A stretch of 22,018 nt of DNA. Source: Pseudomonadota bacterium. GTDB taxonomy: Bacteria > Bdellovibrionota_B > Oligoflexia > Oligoflexales > CAIMVM01. Positions within the stretch are counted from its first letter, which is position 1. Every line of letters begins with the position of its first letter. The notes beneath the pieces are model-generated. The model had not been told where the DNA came from. It saw nothing but the letters and a program-made list of their open reading frames with translations, and made no database searches. Positions 16,930 to 22,018 of this stretch are shown here, piece by piece. Made by a program: the position numbers and the translations under genes. The stretch covers positions 1-22,018 of the forward strand of contig JBAXBA010000065.1 in NCBI GenBank assembly GCA_037142195.1, given 5' to 3'.

Positions 16930-18084
16930 CTAATAGTGATGCGCCCAGAGTCTTTCTAAAAAAGTTTGCCAGTAGAGGCAAGTCACTCCCTCCAAAACCT
17001 GATTCAGGGGGTCTTGACTCACAAGGATTCTTTCTTTCCATCCCGCTTCGTCTTGAATTTGCGTCAAACCTCGCAGGTCTCGCAAATTAACTTTTGATGT
17101 GGCTTTGATTTCCATGGCGATGTGATCATCAATAATCAAGTCGACCTCTTGCCCGTCTAGTGTCCGCCAATAAGTAAGTTCCCATCGACGCCTGGAGTAG
17201 CTTTGATAGGCTCGAACCTCTCCGATCAAAAAATGCTCAAAAGAACGGCCATATAGGTCTGAATTTCGATCGAGAGTTTTCGTTCCCGTTAGTGTGTGAA
17301 TGACGCCTAAATCAAAAAGAAAGTATTTGGCGGTGGAAGATGTTTTACGCTTCCTTCCTGATTTCCAAACGGGGAGTTCAAATCCGAGGAGAGTGTCCTG
17401 TAGGATTTCGTAATACTCCTTGATGGTTTTAGCAGATAGGCCCACATCGCTTGCAATATTTGCATAATTGATATGCTCGGAACTCGCTAATGCAGCTAGC
17501 TTTAGAAACCGACTAAAGTTAGGCAGACTTCTCACCAAGGCTTCCGCCTGGATTTCGTCCTTAAGGTATAAGTCCACGTAGGCATAGAGCTCCTCATCTG
17601 CGTCTTCGGCCAGATAAACTCTGGGAATAGTTCCGTAGCGAAGAGCTCTGTCTAAGTTAAAAGGCTGGGTGCCTTGAATTTCAAACCAAGTTAGAGGAAA
17701 TAAGGCGGCCGACCCGGCTCTGCCTCCGAGCATATTGGCATTTTGACGTTTTAGTTTGCGAGCGCTTGATCCGGTGAGTAGGAAACGAAAGGAGTTTTCT
17801 TCAATGAGGTTATGGACCTCATCGAGAATTTCAGGGAGCTTCTGGACCTCGTCAATGATAATCAAAGTTTTTTCCTGGGCCTTAATCAAAGAGCCCAATA
17901 GGCCCGGATTTTGACTCAATGGTAAAAAGAATTGGGAGCTAAGGAGGTTGATGGTGAGAGCTTCCTGGCCCAGTTCTTGAGCCATGAGGGTCGTCTTTCC
18001 TGTGGACCTCGGTCCAAACAAAAAATATGATTTTTTCTCAATTAATTTTGATAGTTGCAGAGTTCTTTTAAATTCAGTAGTCAT
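16930..18084 (-). CDS. AAA_14-type ATPase with DUF4143 (HTH + PD-(D/E)XK-like) C-terminus
   Basis: Motifs GPRSTGKT, IIIDEVQK, LLTGSSARKL, GGRA, INYANIASDVGLSAKTIKEYY, FDLGV, FEHF and YWRT..GQEVDLII...EIK. Confidence 0.92.
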   Translation of the reverse strand: MTTEFKRTLQLSKLIEKKSYFLFGPRSTGKTTLMAQELGQEALTINLLSSQFFLPLSQNPGLLGSLIKAQEKTLIIIDEVQKLPEILDEVHNLIEENSFRFLLTGSSARKLKRQNANMLGGRAGSAALFPLTWFEIQGTQPFNLDRALRYGTIPRVYLAEDADEELYAYVDLYLKDEIQAEALVRSLPNFSRFLKLAALASSEHINYANIASDVGLSAKTIKEYYEILQDTLLGFELPVWKSGRKRKTSSTAKYFLFDLGVIHTLTGTKTLDRNSDLYGRSFEHFLIGEVRAYQSYSRRRWELTYWRTLDGQEVDLIIDDHIAMEIKATSKVNLRDLRGLTQIQDEAGWKERILVSQDPLNQVLEGVTCLYWQTFLERLWAHHY

Positions 18085-18100
18085 ACTTCTCTTTCTAGCA

Positions 18101-18159
18101 AAAAAACGGAGGTACTGGTTCCGATTCTTATAGTATCAAGAAAAACCTGCTAATTTCAA
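18101..18159 (-). promoter_or_regulatory. Sigma70 promoter plus an imperfect palindrome upstream of ATPase 2
   Basis: Minus-strand TTGAAA-18 nt-TACTAT with an extended -10 TGn, directly followed by AAGAATCGGAA-N7-CTCCGTTTTTT (8 of 11 positions symmetric). Confidence 0.45.
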
Positions 18160-18179
18160 CGGCTTTTAAAACTATCCAA

Positions 18180-18572
18180 TTAGGTGGAGTGCCGGGCCCT
18201 CAGCCAAGAAGCTTCAAAGCAAGGCCAACCTATATTCGGCAGGAAATCGTTAAAAGGAATCCATGATGCCTTTTTAGCTAAGGAGAAATCTCTATTGATT
18301 CCATGGGCCTCATTTCTCCCAATAATAAATGGGTTAAAAAGTGTTTCTGTCAAGGACTCCTCCTGTGCCGAATTCCATCGGATATTATTGCGTGAAGCAA
18401 TAATTGTATCTATAACTCTCTGATATTAATACATTCTTGTCTTTTGCGGAGCCCTTTATAGCCTTCGGTCTGTTCGGCCGGTGGCACAAACTACGTGAAG
18501 TCGACGGGCTCAATCTCGTGAACCTCCCCATTATAGGAAACTGTAAGTTTTACGTTAATAAAAACATGGCAT
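18180..18572 (-). pseudogene. Probable decayed gene of unknown family
   Basis: RBS AAGGGGG and ATG 18572, then protein-like segments VFINVKLTVSYNGEVHEIEPVDFT*FVPPAEQTEGYKGLRKRQEC and, in another frame, about 80 open codons RVIDTIIASRNNIRWNSAQEES...HST*. Requires two frameshifts and one internal stop. Confidence 0.35.
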
Positions 18573-18616
18573 TACATCCCCCTTGTTTAATCAGCATCTT
18601 TAACTGCACGTGTAAC

Positions 18617-18680
18617 CTATCAAAAAAATTTGATTAAGTGTCGTATAGACGTTATAGTAACTATTAATTTAAATTGATTA
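18617..18680 (+). promoter_or_regulatory. Sigma70 promoter flanked by two ATYAA-N6-TTGAT palindromic boxes upstream of ATPase 3
   Basis: TTGATT (18630-35)-17 nt-TATAGT (18653-58). Boxes CTATCAAAAAAATTTGATTA (18617-36) and CTATTAATTTAAATTGATTA (18661-80) match at 15 of 20 positions. Confidence 0.6.
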
Positions 18681-18699
18681 GCTGGTATAGGAGCTATAA

Positions 18700-19971
18700 G
18701 TGTTGCCCCGTCACCTTATCAAAGCATCTTTAGACGACTGGACTGACTGGCAAAGAAGCACCGTCACGAGTGCCATTTCTCGCAAGGGAGTGTTGCGTTG
18801 GCCCAAAGGAATGGCCCTCGCGTTGATAGGGGTTCGTAGGTCAGGGAAAACCTTTCTCTCCCTTGAGGTTGCGCGGTCTCTATATAAGCATATTCTTTAT
18901 TTCAATTTTGAGGATCCTATCGTAACGCTTTTTAATGACGTACGGATCTTTGACGAAATCATTTCCGTATTTTCTGAATACTATGGAGGCCCTCCCGACT
19001 GCATAATCTTTGATGAGATACAAAACGTCACCAATTGGGAAAAATGGGTACGCAAAACTGTTGATACCAAAAGGTGGCCGTTGATTGTCACAGGTTCATC
19101 AGGAAAATTGTTAAGCTCTGAGATTTCTACCTCCATATCAGGAAGGTGCATTGAGCATCAGGTCTGGCCCTTGTCTTATGTGGAATTTCTGGAATTCACT
19201 AAAACCAAAGCTTCATCGGCACTGGCGCACCTCGCGGCCATGCAGAACTACATGAAGTGGGGTGGATTTCCGGCTGCTGTTTTAGAAAAGGATCCCATTC
19301 AAAAAAAGATGATTCTTGACCAATACATGAACGATATCTTGCTGAAAGATGTCGCTGAGCGACACCAAATTCGATCGATGCCCATGCTCAGCCAGCTTTT
19401 GGTCTATGCTTATTCAAATATTTCTTCTGAATTCTCGTACAATGCCGTCAAGAGGGCTTTCGGCATCAATACCGCGACCGTACAGGACTATTGTGGGTTT
19501 CTAAATGATGCCTTTGCGCTGTTTGAAGTGAGTCGATTTCATCGCAATCTAAAGGTGCAGGCGCGCGATTCCAAGAAAATTTATGCCATAGACCCTGGTC
19601 TGCGACGGACACGCTCTCGCTCGCCGTCCGAGGACGAGGGAAAAGTCGCGGAGAATCTGGTTTACCTTGAGCTTCGCCGCCGTGGTCACACGATTTACTA
19701 CTACAAAAATCACGGAGAAGTTGATTTTCTTACAACCGACGAGTCTGGCAAGCCTCTCCAGGCGATTCAGGTGTGCTATTCCAACATGGAAACCCCTGGA
19801 ACTTACCAGCGGGAGGTTGGAAGTTTATGGGAGTGTTTAGAGGACCTAAAACTTAGTGAAGGTTTACTTTTGAGTCTATCGCGAGAAGAGGTCGTCCATC
19901 AGCAGGGACGATCGATTCGGATCGTTCCCGTCTATAAATTTCTTGCAAATGACATCAACCTACTCAAATGA
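18700..19971 (+). CDS. AAA_14-type ATPase with DUF4143 C-terminus (second subfamily)
   Basis: Motifs GVRRSGKT, YFNFED, IIFDEIQNV..WE, VTGSS, SGR, WGGFP, KKIYAIDPG, ENLVYLEL and EVDF...AIQVC; GTG start 6 nt after AGGAG. Confidence 0.92.
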   Translation: MLPRHLIKASLDDWTDWQRSTVTSAISRKGVLRWPKGMALALIGVRRSGKTFLSLEVARSLYKHILYFNFEDPIVTLFNDVRIFDEIISVFSEYYGGPPDCIIFDEIQNVTNWEKWVRKTVDTKRWPLIVTGSSGKLLSSEISTSISGRCIEHQVWPLSYVEFLEFTKTKASSALAHLAAMQNYMKWGGFPAAVLEKDPIQKKMILDQYMNDILLKDVAERHQIRSMPMLSQLLVYAYSNISSEFSYNAVKRAFGINTATVQDYCGFLNDAFALFEVSRFHRNLKVQARDSKKIYAIDPGLRRTRSRSPSEDEGKVAENLVYLELRRRGHTIYYYKNHGEVDFLTTDESGKPLQAIQVCYSNMETPGTYQREVGSLWECLEDLKLSEGLLLSLSREEVVHQQGRSIRIVPVYKFLANDINLLK

Positions 19972-20362
19972 AGTCTTGTACTTCTGTTTTGTTAAAAATT
20001 GCACTACGCCTGCCATAAGCTGTGTGTAATTGGCGTTTGAATATTCATTTCTTGGGTAACTGTTGCCTGAGTAGGCTCCTCAGATTAAAAGGACATTTTT
20101 AAGATTTTAAAGGAAGGTGTTCTTACCAGATTAACTCAGGCTTAGGCAAGGCGGGGAGCGCAACGGATCGCTTTGTTGGTCTCAATGCCTACCCTTGTAG
20201 CTCCTAGGGAGTCGCTGCCTGTATGTAGCAAACGTGTTCGATCACTCAAGGATTTAACATTCCGAGTTTTACAGAGAACTCCATTTTTCGATCACCTTGG
20301 AAACGAGGAATTTTCGCCGCCCCATTCAAATTCGCTTGGCGAGCAGCTCCGTGAGGCAAAGT

Positions 20363-21940
20363 CTAAGCCCGAAGCAGCATCACCCCATAGCCTTTGGGAG
20401 TTTGTGTGTGTGAGATTTGTGTTCGCGTTGCCGAAGGCAAGGCCTCTTTTCGGCGATCAAAAATTACGAGGGTACCTTGCTTCAGATTTAATCCATCCAA
20501 ATATCGTTCGAGTTGGTGAAGGCCATCCTTAAGGGGATCGGGGCGTCCATCGCGCCACACTTTGAGCTCGAAGGCCTCCCGTTGCCAATCGCGTGTGGTT
20601 TTGGAATGGGGACCCGGCCAGCGAACTAAAACATCAATTCGCCCACGACCCACACCATATTCTCTATCGATGATCCCACCGCCATTGACCACCCGTTGGA
20701 GCCAAGCCATAAATACAAGTTGAGCTGCCGCTTCGTTGTAGTAATTGGATGCCAGCATAAATTCAGCGTTTTCAGCCCACCATAAAGCAAACTCCTGAAC
20801 AATCGTGTTCACATCGAGCAAGCCACTTGCCGTGACAAATGATTTGCGCTCGAGGTCGATAGTGCCCGAAGCTCGCGCTGCAAGCACGCGCACAATTACC
20901 TCACGATAAATGGGGCTGGAAATACGCACAGGATCTTTGCTAGCAATAAGCCCTAGATCGCGCACGTACGACACGTCGTCGTTGTAGGTAAAATCAGCAC
21001 CAGTCATGAGTCCGGCCAATAAGGGCTCCACCACACGCTGCACGCGAGGCTCGGTAAGTTTATCTACAAGGGAATCCAGGTGCGTTTGCCTTGCCAGAAT
21101 GATTTCCTGGGCTGCCTTTTCTATGTCAAGAGACGTGATGGTTTGCGACGTCGGAATTCCCATCTTTCGCACCACTTGATTCGCTAGGGCGTTCACAAGC
21201 CAGGGCTGCCCTTCCGTAAGCTCCCAAGCTTTTGCAGTTGCTTCCGGTTCAAACGGCTGGCCTGTGGTGGCCGTATGTTGGGAATAAAGTGCCTCCACTT
21301 CGGCTGCGGTAAAATTGGCGAGGCGCAAAGAATCGGATTTGATATTAAAAGGGCTTGCCGTGCCCAATCTTGGCACACCGCCCGAGAGAACTTTGTAGTC
21401 GCGCACATCACGCAAACCACAAAGCACAATGCTTTGAGGGAAGGCGTTAGGGCGATCCGAAAATCCTTTGCGAATTTGACGTAAAACACTCACAAGAGCA
21501 TCATCAATCAGCGCGTCAATTTCATCAAAAAATAAAACCAATGGACGAGGGCACGCCTGCGCCCAATCGCAAAGAAACTGACCAAGACGCGAACCCACAG
21601 GAGCATCGGGAATGTCGGGACATCGGAGTTCGGGTGGCAGATGAAGAATAGCGGCTGCGGTAATCGAGTGAATAAGAACCTTTTCCACCAATTCAATGTT
21701 GCTGTCGAAAGCCTGCCCTTCTTCGCAGGAGAACTTAAGAACCGCATATTTGCCTTCCGCGGTAATGGCTGTCGCGAGAACCTCAAGCGTTGTCGTTTTG
21801 CCAGTCTGACGCGGAGCATGGACCACAAAATAGGATTCGTTCTCAATAAGCGAGCGAATTTCCCCAAGACGGGAAAGGGGATCGAGCATGTAATGCTTAT
21901 CGGCGCGACATGGGCCTGTGGTATTGAAAAACTTTGCCAT
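20363..21940 (-). CDS. P-loop ATPase (FNTxGPC family) with C-terminal PD-(D/E)XK nuclease-like domain
   Basis: MAKFFNTTGPC, Walker A APRQTGKTT, Walker B LFFDEID, SPFNI, TEGQPWLVN and REYGVGRGRIDVLV...FELKVWR...QLERY. Start ATG 21940 follows AGGAG. Confidence 0.9.
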   Translation of the reverse strand: MAKFFNTTGPCRADKHYMLDPLSRLGEIRSLIENESYFVVHAPRQTGKTTTLEVLATAITAEGKYAVLKFSCEEGQAFDSNIELVEKVLIHSITAAAILHLPPELRCPDIPDAPVGSRLGQFLCDWAQACPRPLVLFFDEIDALIDDALVSVLRQIRKGFSDRPNAFPQSIVLCGLRDVRDYKVLSGGVPRLGTASPFNIKSDSLRLANFTAAEVEALYSQHTATTGQPFEPEATAKAWELTEGQPWLVNALANQVVRKMGIPTSQTITSLDIEKAAQEIILARQTHLDSLVDKLTEPRVQRVVEPLLAGLMTGADFTYNDDVSYVRDLGLIASKDPVRISSPIYREVIVRVLAARASGTIDLERKSFVTASGLLDVNTIVQEFALWWAENAEFMLASNYYNEAAAQLVFMAWLQRVVNGGGIIDREYGVGRGRIDVLVRWPGPHSKTTRDWQREAFELKVWRDGRPDPLKDGLHQLERYLDGLNLKQGTLVIFDRRKEALPSATRTQISHTQTPKGYGVMLLRA

Positions 21941-22018
21941 CCGATACTCCTGCAAAAATCTCAGGACCAAAAGGACGCTCCCGAATTGAGTACCCATTCT
22001 ACATCAAAAGCTTCCACC

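Noticed and set aside
16594..17090. ORFs 16594-16902, 16748-16933 and 16776-17090
   Set aside because: Mutually overlapping, with Cys/Trp/Phe-rich random-like composition and no recognisable motifs.
20065..20141. Inverted repeat GCCTGAGT / ACTCAGGC as a possible MITE
   Set aside because: Only 8 bp, no target-site duplication and no second copy in the window.
1..22018. CRISPR array, transposase, integrase or prophage genes
   Set aside because: No regularly spaced direct repeats and no ORF with recognisable recombinase, transposase or phage motifs were seen.
21945..22018. Operator palindrome upstream of ATPase 4
   Set aside because: A -10-like TAGAAT (21996-22001, minus strand) is present, but the symmetry (TCGGGA/TCCTGA) is weak and the region is cut off by the window edge.

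Overview
A 22 kb bacterial chromosomal window. Gene style (lipoproteins, a sigma54 promoter, lineage-specific small proteins) suggests a Bdellovibrionota/Oligoflexia-like organism, but that is inference only. The left half is mostly housekeeping and envelope genes: a GH-like/DUF4214 lipoprotein, tRNA-Ala(UGC), an SLT plus apparently dead amidase lipoprotein, hpt, two sigma54-driven small proteins, an SRPBCC protein, khpA-nagZ, and ybeY-hlyC/corC. The right half contains RNHCP-rnpB-trmB and a TSP3-repeat lipoprotein. These are interleaved with four non-identical P-loop ATPase + PD-(D/E)XK-type nuclease genes (three with a clear winged helix), an orphan HEPN gene behind a broken MNT remnant, and other gene debris. 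The best candidates for something undescribed are: (i) the ATPase-nuclease cluster, where three of four genes have a sigma70 promoter overlapped or followed by its own palindrome, suggesting autoregulated defence-like modules; (ii) the pseudo-amidase lipoprotein; and (iii) the sigma54/IHF-controlled small-protein pair. No CRISPR array, integrase or transposase was seen. All family calls come from motif recognition by eye, not from database searches.
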